From positions 1 to 26,862 of the IMG/VR virus record IMGVR_UViG_3300002301_000058: a stretch of 26,862 nucleotides of DNA; one strand, given 5' to 3'. Both the position numbers and the translations under genes were made by a program. A model generated the notes under the pieces. That model saw nothing but the letters and a program-made list of their open reading frames with translations. It was not told where the DNA came from and ran no database searches. Source of the DNA: a virus (taxonomy: Duplodnaviria; Caudoviricetes). This document shows positions 1 through 7,413 of the stretch, one piece after another (positions within the stretch are counted from its first letter, which is position 1; each line of letters starts with the position of its first letter).

Positions 1-5
1 CTCCT

Positions 6-209
6 TTAAAACGAACCCATTCCCGGCAACTCTCGCATCGGACCTTTGATATCCTCGCGGTTGAAAATTTGCTCGACGGCTTTGCCGTCCCGATTAGGCA
101 GCGCCAAGATCGCTTGATCTCCTGATGGGAGGACATGAACGCACAAGCCGGCGACCGCCGAACTATCGCGCTTCATGTACCACATGCCAACGCAGGGCGT
201 TAAAGCCAT
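6..209 (-). CDS. small hypothetical phage protein (left small-ORF array)
   Basis: 67 aa ORF, ATG preceded by AGGAG; packed head-to-tail with 219..485. Confidence 0.6.
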   Translation of the reverse strand: MALTPCVGMWYMKRDSSAVAGLCVHVLPSGDQAILALPNRDGKAVEQIFNREDIKGPMRELPGMGSF

Positions 210-218
210 CGGTCGCTC

Positions 219-485
219 CTATTTCTCTAGCGAGACTTCCCGACGCCCGATCTGTTCGAGCGTGAAAGTTCTGCCGTTGTTACTTCCCAATTCTTTGATG
301 CCTCGGGCACGCATCGCGGCAGCTACGATGTCGCAGAACTCTCCGTACCAGTCGCCAGTGTCTTTGACTTGTGCAATAGCGTCGATCAGGTTGCCCATCT
401 GATACTCGTTCAGCGGCACCATCGTATATTCGCTATACTGACCCGCAGTATGAATGAACTGCGCCCAATTCGAAATGTCGGTCAC
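219..485 (-). CDS. small hypothetical phage protein ending in LEK*
   Basis: 88 aa, GTG start after AGAAGGAG; C-terminal SLEK-stop matches the tails of the right-hand cassette ORFs. Confidence 0.65.
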   Translation of the reverse strand: MTDISNWAQFIHTAGQYSEYTMVPLNEYQMGNLIDAIAQVKDTGDWYGEFCDIVAAAMRARGIKELGSNNGRTFTLEQIGRREVSLEK

Positions 486-511
486 GGCCGCTCCTTCTCT
501 GTTGCCTTGAT

Positions 512-712
512 TTACCGGCCAATCGAGTCTCTGAGAATGATCTGAATTTGTCGCAAAGCATCCTCACCGGGGATCCCAACTTCCAATTGTCCCGGCAGTG
601 TCCGTCCAGCTTGGAAACCAGAAAGCCAGCAACGTACTTTGCCGATTTCACGATAAAGCATTTCGGCTCGCTCGGCGTCGCAGTCCTTAAGAGTGATATT
701 TTTCTCAACCAC
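512..712 (-). CDS. small hypothetical phage protein
   Basis: 66 aa, GTG start after GAGGAG. Confidence 0.6.
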   Translation of the reverse strand: MVEKNITLKDCDAERAEMLYREIGKVRCWLSGFQAGRTLPGQLEVGIPGEDALRQIQIILRDSIGR

Positions 713-803
713 GCTTTGGATCTCCTCGACGCGCTAAAGCACGCATAAAAATTTCCTCATAAGTTTCTGGCAATCGAACAAGTGCCCATGGACACCTCAC
801 CAT
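705..803 (-). CDS. 32 aa hypothetical peptide (not in ORF track)
   Basis: MVRCPWALVRLPETYEEIFMRALARRGDPKRG*; strong AGAAGGAG SD; end overlaps the next start. Confidence 0.45.
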   Translation of the reverse strand: MVRCPWALVRLPETYEEIFMRALARRGDPKRG

Positions 804-820
804 ATCAGTCTCCTTCTCTG

Positions 821-943
821 CTAATGCCACTCGATGGCAATTTCTCGGCCATGCCCGTCAAGCCAAATGAAGCAATAACGCCATTGCTGGTGACAGGCGC
901 TCGTCGTCGGATACAGCCGAAGAAATGGACCGATGATCGTCAT
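821..943 (-). CDS. 40 aa hypothetical peptide
   Basis: ATG at 943 (MTIIGPF...) follows GAGGAG just after the recombinase stop; shorter than the 821..1003 track ORF. Confidence 0.45.
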   Translation of the reverse strand: MTIIGPFLRLYPTTSACHQQWRYCFIWLDGHGREIAIEWH

Positions 944-960
944 TGGGACGCGCTCCTCAT

Positions 961-1575
961 CTATGAATCCTTTCGGACCCATTTTTGCTTTTGCGTATCC
1001 CAACGCCAGAAAGCATATATGCTCGCCGCCGAGACTTGGAACTGCTCTGCAACCTGCGGGCCGGTCTTGCCGCTGTTGAGTAGTTTACCGGCACGCGCGA
1101 TCTTCGCGTCGGTCATGATCCGCTTGCGGCCCCATTCCCACTTCTCGCCATCCTTGAGTTTTGCCCTGATCGCGTCGAGGCCAGCCTTGGTCCGCTCGGC
1201 GATAAGGTCGCGCTCGAAGGCGGAGACGGCGGTAGTTATGCCCATGACAAGCCGCCCAACTGCGGATTTGGTGTCGAGCATTTCCGTGAGGCTAACGAGC
1301 CCGACGCCCTTGGCTTTGAGCTGATCGAGCAGCGCGTATAGCTGAGGCGGCGATCGCGTAAGCCGGTCGAGTTTCCAAACAACCAGGGTGTCACCGTCCC
1401 GGCAGTCCATAAGAGCGTCCTTAAGCCCGGGGCGCTTCTTGCTGGTGCCGGATGCCTTGTCGAAATGCAGATTGTCCTCGAACACGCCGAATTTGCGGAG
1501 CGCGTCGAGCTGCAAATCGAGGTTCTGTTCCTGGGTAGAGACGCGGGCATAGCCGACAAACCGGATTTCTACCAT
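961..1575 (-). CDS. small serine recombinase (resolvase/invertase, Pin/Hin/TnpR family)
   Basis: GYARVST catalytic-Ser motif, QNLDLQ, GDTLVVWKLDRL, FERDLIAERTKAGL, GRKR arm and C-terminal HTH (GPQVAEQFQVSAASIY). Confidence 0.95.
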   Translation of the reverse strand: MVEIRFVGYARVSTQEQNLDLQLDALRKFGVFEDNLHFDKASGTSKKRPGLKDALMDCRDGDTLVVWKLDRLTRSPPQLYALLDQLKAKGVGLVSLTEMLDTKSAVGRLVMGITTAVSAFERDLIAERTKAGLDAIRAKLKDGEKWEWGRKRIMTDAKIARAGKLLNSGKTGPQVAEQFQVSAASIYAFWRWDTQKQKWVRKDS

Positions 1576-1603
1576 TTCCTGACCGAATATTTTCTGTCAG
1601 AAA
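1576..1603. promoter_or_regulatory. candidate resolvase binding/crossover site (res site I-like)
   Basis: 28-bp imperfect palindrome TTCCTGACCGAATA|TTTTCTGTCAGAAA, 11/14 positions paired, central AT, abutting the recombinase start codon. Confidence 0.65.
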
Positions 1604-1617
1604 GTCGTATGGCATTA

Positions 1618-1646
1618 TTGACAAGCCGTCAAGGCGAGATTAGATT
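1618..1646 (+). promoter_or_regulatory. sigma70-type promoter driving the rightward small-ORF array
   Basis: TTGACA (1618-1623), 17 bp, TAGATT (1641-1646); the -35 is part of a TTGAC-N5-GTCAA palindrome. Confidence 0.65.
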
Positions 1647-1668
1647 TTTCACACCATAGAGATCGCCG

Positions 1669-1911
1669 ATGACTGATCCCCGCTATATGCGCCCAGGCTT
1701 AGACTTTGCTCGCGGCAAAGCGATTGAAGAACTCGGCGAATTGCAGGCCGCACTGGGAAAGTCCTTGCGGTGGGGTTGGGAGAGCGCCAATCCAGAACTG
1801 CCCCCCGAACAGCGCGAAACGAATATCGTCTGGGTGCAGCGTGAAATGAAAGATGTGCGCGACGCTCTCGATAATCTTGATCGAGAACTTGACGCTTACA
1901 TAGAGGGGTGA
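1669..1911 (+). CDS. MazG-like all-alpha NTP pyrophosphohydrolase
   Basis: EELGELQAALGK...REMKDV, i.e. the EExxE and ExxD pattern; 80 aa. Confidence 0.55.
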   Translation: MTDPRYMRPGLDFARGKAIEELGELQAALGKSLRWGWESANPELPPEQRETNIVWVQREMKDVRDALDNLDRELDAYIEG

Positions 1912-1930
1912 CGAAAGTCACTAAACGCCC

Positions 1931-2107
1931 GTGGCGAAAGAGAAGAAAGACCGTCGCATCTGCAAGTGCGAATGCGGCGGCATTGTTCGCGGTATTGAGC
2001 AATTCGGACGACTGTTTACGTGGTGCGAGAAATGCAGTCCGGTCGTGAGGATCAGCATTGACAGCATGCGAGACGACCACGTTCGCACCCTAGCAGGAAC
2101 GAGGTAA
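1931..2107 (+). CDS. 58 aa Cys-rich (zinc-ribbon-like) protein ending in LAGTR* (not in ORF track)
   Basis: GTG start; MAKEKKDRRICKCECGG...WCEKCSP...LAGTR*; fills the gap in the array exactly. Confidence 0.65.
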   Translation: MAKEKKDRRICKCECGGIVRGIEQFGRLFTWCEKCSPVVRISIDSMRDDHVRTLAGTR

Positions 2108-2113
2108 ACGCCC

Positions 2114-2353
2114 GTGAGTTTTGTGGAGCGGCTGAGAGCGGCAGCTAAAGAGCAGAGAGAGTCGGCTGACCGCGCCGGCTTTACGAAAACATTCGTGCGC
2201 TCAGTCGCCCTTTACAATGAAGCGGCCGACCGGATCGAGGCGATGCAAGCAATTCTTGATGAGATGATGGTCAAAAATCCAGTGCATGTTAGTCCAGCCG
2301 GGAATAGCAATCTACTGGAGTGGCGCACTCGTTATAGCAACCTGGAAAAATAG
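2114..2353 (+). CDS. hypothetical cassette protein ending in LEK*
   Basis: 79 aa, GTG start directly after the junction motif. Confidence 0.7.
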   Translation: MSFVERLRAAAKEQRESADRAGFTKTFVRSVALYNEAADRIEAMQAILDEMMVKNPVHVSPAGNSNLLEWRTRYSNLEK

Positions 2354-2357
2354 GCCT

Positions 2358-2606
2358 ATGACCCGCAGACAAGGAACCATCGCCGCCGTGGGAGCCATCG
2401 TAGGCTTTATGTCTCGCGGAGCTGTAGCCCAAGAAGCCACAAAACAAAATTTATGGCAATCGAATGGGACAGCGGCGAGCATCGCTTTAGAGCCGATGAG
2501 CATGACATTTGATCTTCGAACATTTAAGGATTTTACCTTCACGGAAGGCGACAGAACCGTAACTCTAACCCCGGCGCAATTGATGGATGCGCTTTTGGAG
2601 AAGTAG
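2358..2606 (+). CDS. hypothetical exported protein ending in LEK*
   Basis: ATG at 2358 after the junction motif; MTRR + hydrophobic stretch + AVA-Q resembles a (Tat-like) signal peptide. Confidence 0.65.
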   Translation: MTRRQGTIAAVGAIVGFMSRGAVAQEATKQNLWQSNGTAASIALEPMSMTFDLRTFKDFTFTEGDRTVTLTPAQLMDALLEK

Positions 2607-2610
2607 GCCC

Positions 2611-2835
2611 ATGAAACTATCGCCAAAACAATGCGAACATCTTCTTGCTCTAAAGAATGGGCCGCGCGGTTCTTATCCAGGGCTCCACATGGGAGTTCTT
2701 AATTCTTTAGCTCTCAAAGGATTAGTGAGTGCTACGCACGGAGTTGGTTCAATCGCAATGCCGCATACGGCTATCAAATGGAAATTGACGGACGCAGGCG
2801 AAGGCATTCTTCATGCTCTAGCAGGAACGAGGTAA
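2611..2835 (+). CDS. small winged-helix-like protein ending in LAGTR*
   Basis: ATG at 2611; KLSPKQ...LNSLALKGLV...WKLTDAG pattern typical of small phage wHTH proteins. Confidence 0.6.
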   Translation: MKLSPKQCEHLLALKNGPRGSYPGLHMGVLNSLALKGLVSATHGVGSIAMPHTAIKWKLTDAGEGILHALAGTR

Positions 2836-2842
2836 AGGCCCG

Positions 2843-3016
2843 ATGCCGCCGCCATCATTGCAACAGCGTATACGCGATCTGCGAATGCTGGCCGCGAACG
2901 TCGCGAAAGAGGATGACGACGTGAACGATCGCCTTACGGAAGCGTGCAACGCCTTGGAGGAAGTCGCCGATATCTTCCAAGAATTTCTTGACGCGCTCGC
3001 GCCGCTCGGCAGATAG
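2843..3016 (+). CDS. 57 aa helical hypothetical protein (not in ORF track)
   Basis: MPPPSLQQRIRDLRML...APLGR*; starts right after the junction motif. Confidence 0.6.
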   Translation: MPPPSLQQRIRDLRMLAANVAKEDDDVNDRLTEACNALEEVADIFQEFLDALAPLGR

Positions 3017-3028
3017 CAGAGAACGCCC

Positions 3029-3274
3029 ATGCCTGCGCCTAATCATATCGCAAAGCATTTCCTCAATTTTGGCATCCAAAATTGGGGGCAAACAGAGGGC
3101 CAACGAAAACAGGCCAAGGACCAATACCTGATCGCCGCCGGATTCAATTTGCCGGCACAACGAGGCGAAGCCGAAGAATGGCTTGATACCGTACTCGACA
3201 AGATGCCCTGGGGAAAGTTCGAGCGCGAAGTTGACCATCTTAAAGCTGCCCTTGCCGCGCGTATAGCAGTTTGA
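3029..3274 (+). CDS. hypothetical cassette protein
   Basis: 81 aa, start preceded by CGCCC. Confidence 0.65.
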   Translation: MPAPNHIAKHFLNFGIQNWGQTEGQRKQAKDQYLIAAGFNLPAQRGEAEEWLDTVLDKMPWGKFEREVDHLKAALAARIAV

Positions 3275-3286
3275 AGGAGAGCGCCC

Positions 3287-3475
3287 ATGAAAGTCGAGCA
3301 GTTACGCGAGATCGGCTTAAAGGTGATAGACGTGCTGCCAGACAGCAAAGATGCAATTACCGTTTTGGCAATCGTTTATGTCAACGTGACGCGAGCTTTT
3401 GGCTTGCCGGACGATGGTGCGATGGCGACCGTCGCGGCAGCCCTCAAAGAGCCGCATATCGATTTGGAGAAATAG
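3287..3475 (+). CDS. hypothetical cassette protein ending in LEK*
   Basis: 62 aa, AAGGAG SD within the junction motif. Confidence 0.7.
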   Translation: MKVEQLREIGLKVIDVLPDSKDAITVLAIVYVNVTRAFGLPDDGAMATVAAALKEPHIDLEK

Positions 3476-3480
3476 GACCG

Positions 3481-3711
3481 ATGGCAAGTTTTCCGGTGCT
3501 CGACTCCGACGATCTGAAAAATCACCTGATCGAGATTTCGCGCGATCCGGCATATCCGCTATCGACCACTGAGCGCGCTCTATACTCTTTGCTGACGCTC
3601 CCGATCATCGCGCAGTCAGCCTGCACCGAGGACGAACGCGAAGCCGTGATCCGCAATGTGACTGCCGCTATGGACGCCGCCGTTGCGGCGAGTAGCAGAA
3701 AGGCAAATTAG
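3481..3711 (+). CDS. hypothetical cassette protein
   Basis: ATG at 3481 (MASFPVLD...) after the junction motif; 76 aa. Confidence 0.65.
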   Translation: MASFPVLDSDDLKNHLIEISRDPAYPLSTTERALYSLLTLPIIAQSACTEDEREAVIRNVTAAMDAAVAASSRKAN

Positions 3712-3715
3712 GCCC

Positions 3716-4000
3716 GTGCCATTTGAGCCTGTGAGAACAAAGGCGGATTTAGATACCCTTGAGCCTTCCGAGATTTTGGAAGGTTATATATCCGCCGAGC
3801 GGGGCGACCCGGAGCCGGGAGAAAATAGAGGGCGCGCATTCTGGCATGGATGGCGCAATCGGATGATTGATTTGCGAGAACTCCCCCCAGACGACGCCTC
3901 TCGGCAACTCGCTCATGAAGTTGTCACGGCTCAACTAAGAGCCGGGAATGCAATTGCGAAACATGCTGCCGCCGAACGATATGGCGATTTGGAGAAATAG
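3716..4000 (+). CDS. hypothetical cassette protein with Rmf-like motif, ending in LEK*
   Basis: GTG at 3716; EGY...R..FWHGWR resembles the ribosome modulation factor GY...W..GWR motif. Confidence 0.55.
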   Translation: MPFEPVRTKADLDTLEPSEILEGYISAERGDPEPGENRGRAFWHGWRNRMIDLRELPPDDASRQLAHEVVTAQLRAGNAIAKHAAAERYGDLEK

Positions 4001-4005
4001 GCCCG

Positions 4006-4278
4006 ATGATTGAGATTGCATCAAATACCGATCAGGATGTTTGGATTGGCGCGGTTGAGGCTTGCCGTCGCTGGGCAAAGGAAGGGCTTGGTTTTAACTG
4101 CACTTTTGTCGATGACGACATGCGAGTGATCGTCGGACTAGCGCAGCGTGCAGTGCTCGCAGGGCTCGCTAGTGATGCTAAACCGGATATGCAGCGACGG
4201 TTTCGCGAAGCCGCAGAGCCGCATCGCGCCGAACATGAGAAGCAATTGGGGTGGCCGATCCCTAATTTGGAGAAATAG
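4006..4278 (+). CDS. hypothetical cassette protein ending in LEK* (last in array)
   Basis: 90 aa; ends TTGGAGAAATAG. Confidence 0.7.
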   Translation: MIEIASNTDQDVWIGAVEACRRWAKEGLGFNCTFVDDDMRVIVGLAQRAVLAGLASDAKPDMQRRFREAAEPHRAEHEKQLGWPIPNLEK

Positions 4279-4355
4279 TTCCGTCAGGCGTGTGGAATTA
4301 TTTCAAGCTTATCTACCTGCCGGGCAACGGCGCACGCCAATAGTAAGCATGCCCA

Positions 4356-4565
4356 TCAAAGAGACTTGATCTGAATATCCTTTTTAATGGAACCATTTAA
4401 TGCTTTCCGGCTTGAATCCAGAGCCAGATTCTTCAATTGCCTCCTGCTCAAAATAACGATCATGCACTCGCCGGCCTCATTGCCGATGACTAATTCAGCT
4501 GGGCTGTGCGGAGTGCGCTCTCGCATGTAGACTAACTTGAATTTAAGACCCTTGCTCGGGTTCAT
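4356..4565 (-). CDS. hypothetical protein
   Basis: 69 aa from the ATG at 4565 (upstream in-frame starts exist); convergent with the cassette array. Confidence 0.45.
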   Translation of the reverse strand: MNPSKGLKFKLVYMRERTPHSPAELVIGNEAGECMIVILSRRQLKNLALDSSRKALNGSIKKDIQIKSL

Positions 4566-4729
4566 CGCCCCCGTAGCATCCATTGATGCCCTCGACGTCG
4601 ATTTCGAACTCATCCTCAATTTCCGAATCATCGGGCATTAGGAATCGCCGCCTGGACGGCTTACGCCGCTGGCGCACAAGCCAATTCGCCTTTCGCCTTT
4701 TGCGCATAGGGTGGATGTTATCACGGCGG

Positions 4730-6145
4730 TCATATCTGCTCCGTGACAGCCTTTACCCGGAACCGCGGGCGGAGGGGCCGATCAACCGGCGGCGGCTCGT
4801 AAAGCGAGCCTTCCGATGGATCGCCGACCTCAATCCAGCGGATTTGCGCGATTTTGTGCCGTGGATGCATGGTAAAGAAAAGTTGAACGGCGGGCGTTGG
4901 TCTGAACCGGCCATCGCGGGAATATTCGGTCGGACCAGGCAAACAGCCGTTAACGAATCCTTCCTCAAGCTGGAGTGCCGTGTGCCAGTGCGCGAGCAAT
5001 ATCAAGTCCAAATGAATGCCACGCGCGGCGTAATCTAGAGTCATGCGTTTTAAAGCGCGGGCGGCCGCTGCTGCAGGCCCGATGAAACCGTGACCACCTT
5101 TAGAGCCTGTTTTATCTCCATGCGAAGCTACCAGACGCCAGCCATAAACTGAGAATAGGGCATCTGGAGAAGCTGGAACAAAGAACGTGATTCCTTCCTT
5201 GCCGCGCAACGTTAATTCTAGGAAATCCGAAACCAGCACATCCATACTTGTTGAAGCGGCTTCTTTTGATTCCGGCTTTTGCGAAGTCCGGCCATGATTG
5301 CCGCTAAGTGAAATAATATCGATTGGACAATTAACAGTTTCCTTGATGAGATTAATCGCCGTGATGAGATGGTCGGCTACGTCCCGCGCAGCTGGCAATG
5401 GCTTGATCTCATCGGTTTTCTGAAGCTCAAGAAATATAGCCCCAGACAACAAATCTCCGCCAAGTATCAATATGATTCTGTCCGGCGGCGGCCCAACCCA
5501 GTGTTTGGTGCAGAGGTCGCAGACTATATTGGCCCATCGCCCGAGTCGATTGCGAGCAATCGCTAGATTGAATGAATTTAGACCATCCATTGCATCTAAA
5601 AAAACATGCTCGCCCCACTGCAAATCAGAAAGAAACAACACCACTGTCTCAGCTTGTCCTGCTCCTTCGCTCCGGCTCGGAAACGATACCGGCGTCGGCG
5701 GCATCGCCATCAGGCCCATGTAGTTTTCGCGGACATTCTGTAGTTCGACTATCTGACGATGTGCTGCGGTGAGGTCGGCTTTTAGCTTGGCATTTTCATC
5801 GGCGTACCGGCGTCGTTCTATTTGGTCGAGAGGCTCGCTAACGCTAGGAGCATTAGGAGCAGCCGGCCATGGATTCGGCTCTGATGGTGACGGTGGCTTG
5901 TATTTGGTCCAATCGACTGAAAGACCAAAATACTTGTGATAGGTGCCGGGACGTTCTGGCGTCCCGACGCGATTGCTTAGAGTATGCTGAGAAAGATTCA
6001 GGCGCTCCGCAACTACACGAACGGCACCTTGAATGTCGCGGCCAAGAAAGATGCCTGGGGGAGGATGCCCGACTGCTAGGGCTTGTTCGACTTCCGCGAT
6101 TTCAAATAACGCCCGGTCGCGATTAACGCTAAGTTTTTGCGTCAT
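4730..6145 (-). CDS. calcineurin-like metallophosphoesterase with N-terminal HTH and coiled coil
   Basis: Motifs SDLQ (DxH variant), GGD, GNHG, HGD, AHWH in canonical order; N-terminal AVRVVAERLNLSQHTLSNR is HTH-like. Confidence 0.85.
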   Translation of the reverse strand: MTQKLSVNRDRALFEIAEVEQALAVGHPPPGIFLGRDIQGAVRVVAERLNLSQHTLSNRVGTPERPGTYHKYFGLSVDWTKYKPPSPSEPNPWPAAPNAPSVSEPLDQIERRRYADENAKLKADLTAAHRQIVELQNVRENYMGLMAMPPTPVSFPSRSEGAGQAETVVLFLSDLQWGEHVFLDAMDGLNSFNLAIARNRLGRWANIVCDLCTKHWVGPPPDRIILILGGDLLSGAIFLELQKTDEIKPLPAARDVADHLITAINLIKETVNCPIDIISLSGNHGRTSQKPESKEAASTSMDVLVSDFLELTLRGKEGITFFVPASPDALFSVYGWRLVASHGDKTGSKGGHGFIGPAAAAARALKRMTLDYAARGIHLDLILLAHWHTALQLEEGFVNGCLPGPTEYSRDGRFRPTPAVQLFFTMHPRHKIAQIRWIEVGDPSEGSLYEPPPVDRPLRPRFRVKAVTEQI

Positions 6146-6237
6146 CGCGCATTAGCAAACAAGAAGGTCATCATCTGAGAACCTTTATTTGTTTGGTCCG
6201 CAGGTACTTAGCCGATATAAGGTGACGATACCATGAC

Positions 6238-6267
6238 AAAAAAATGAGGCCGCTCGGTGCGGCCCCA
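6238..6267 (-). terminator. rho-independent terminator ending the late operon
   Basis: Minus strand TGGGGCCGC-ACCGA-GCGGCCTCA followed by T7. Confidence 0.75.
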
Positions 6268-6322
6268 AGTTTGTGTCGGGGGGACAAAATGCCCAGAACA
6301 GGGCGGGTTGGAATATGGCAGG

Positions 6323-6694
6323 TTATCTGACGTGAGACAAGACCCATTCGACAAGCCACTTCAGCCCAGCCTCCAAGACCCAGCCGACTGATACCAAGAC
6401 CACGAATCCTATGGCAGCCAAGCTTGTCAATTTGGCTTTCGTCAATTGTAGACCGGCAACCACTGGACCCAATAATTCCAAGGTCATCAGGCGCTCGTCT
6501 GTCTTGATCTGATAGTCAGTAAACTGACGCGCGCGATCATCCAACATAGCCGACAATCGTCCAACAGAGATTTGATTCTCTTTGTGCTCGCGGTCGCGTT
6601 CTTGGCGGTCATCTTCGGCGCGACGCTCCAATCCTTCAATCTTAGCCTTAATCTCGCCGAGCAGGAGGCTGATGTCGTCAAGCTTGGATGGCAT
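6323..6694 (-). CDS. coiled-coil protein with C-terminal TM helix (lysis-region membrane protein)
   Basis: Heptad-rich N-terminus, hydrophobic LAAIGFVVLVSVGWVL. Confidence 0.7.
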   Translation of the reverse strand: MPSKLDDISLLLGEIKAKIEGLERRAEDDRQERDREHKENQISVGRLSAMLDDRARQFTDYQIKTDERLMTLELLGPVVAGLQLTKAKLTSLAAIGFVVLVSVGWVLEAGLKWLVEWVLSHVR

Positions 6695-6721
6695 GGCGTC
6701 ATTGTCCCGTTGCTGGAATTA

Positions 6722-7174
6722 CTATCTCTGCCCACGACCACGCGCGAGCGACAAAGTCTCATCTAGCTTGTTGGTGATGGTCGTGAGTTGACGGTCGAAC
6801 ATCTTGATTTGCTCATTCTGTACCTTGGCATCGGCGGCTAAGCTGAGGATACCTCTCGTCGTCTCCTGTGCATTCTTGAGAAATTCTTCGCGGAGCTTGT
6901 CGCGGCTGGCTCTATCTTCGGCTAATGCCGTCTTGGCTTCTTCCGCTGCCTTGGCGCGTCTAGCCTCGAAATCCTGGAACCGCTGTTCTCGTTCCGCCTT
7001 CTCCGTTTTCAGCGCCTCTTCGTTGGCGGCAAGTCGCCAGTTTGTGACGTAATAGAATCCGATCGTTGTCACCGCGCCAGTGAGAACCGCGCCGCCGAAA
7101 ACCGTAAGCATCAAAGTCAGCGCGCCGAAATGACGGCCTACCGCTGATACAGTGGCTCGCGGCCGGGTCGTCAT
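6722..7174 (-). CDS. N-terminal TM plus long coiled-coil protein (possibly spanin-like)
   Basis: TM ALTLMLTVFGGAVLTGAVTTIGFYYV, then charged coiled coil; ATGA overlap with the upstream gene. Confidence 0.65.
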   Translation of the reverse strand: MTTRPRATVSAVGRHFGALTLMLTVFGGAVLTGAVTTIGFYYVTNWRLAANEEALKTEKAEREQRFQDFEARRAKAAEEAKTALAEDRASRDKLREEFLKNAQETTRGILSLAADAKVQNEQIKMFDRQLTTITNKLDETLSLARGRGQR

Positions 7175-7413
7175 CGCCGCGGCTCAAGTTGTAGTTCGAC
7201 GAGGTAGTGGCCATTTGGTCCCTGCGATGCCCTGACGAACTTCACATCAAAGATGCCGACTTGAGAGGCGACCTGCTTTGGAAGTTGCGCGCCAGGGAAT
7301 AGGCCGTATTGACGCTCGAGTTCGCTGACGGTCGGAAATGATGAATGCGACGATGCCGCGCTCATCGCTAGAGCGAACAGAGGAATGATGGCGAGGAAGA
7401 CGGCGGCTTTCAT
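7171..7413 (-). CDS. small secreted protein
   Basis: ATG at 7413; MKAAVFLAIIPLFALAMSAASS signal peptide; ATGA overlaps at both ends. Confidence 0.65.
   Translation of the reverse strand: MKAAVFLAIIPLFALAMSAASSHSSFPTVSELERQYGLFPGAQLPKQVASQVGIFDVKFVRASQGPNGHYLVELQLEPRR

Larger units (their letters stand above)
2091..4282 (+). repeat. dispersed 23-bp gene-junction repeat (9 copies)
   Basis: Copies start at 2091, 2335, 2588, 2819, 3264, 3457, 3693, 3982, 4260; the first eight end 0-1 nt before a start codon, mostly in GCCC; shortened copy at 3014. Confidence 0.8.

Noticed and set aside
961-1575. Gin/Cin-type tail-fibre inversion system
   Set aside because: The recombinase is ~10 kb from the fibre genes, and I saw no inverted crossover sites or alternative fibre ends
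1604-1632. Leftward sigma70 promoter for the recombinase (TTGACG-17-TACGAC)
   Set aside because: The -10 lacks the conserved final T; too weak to call
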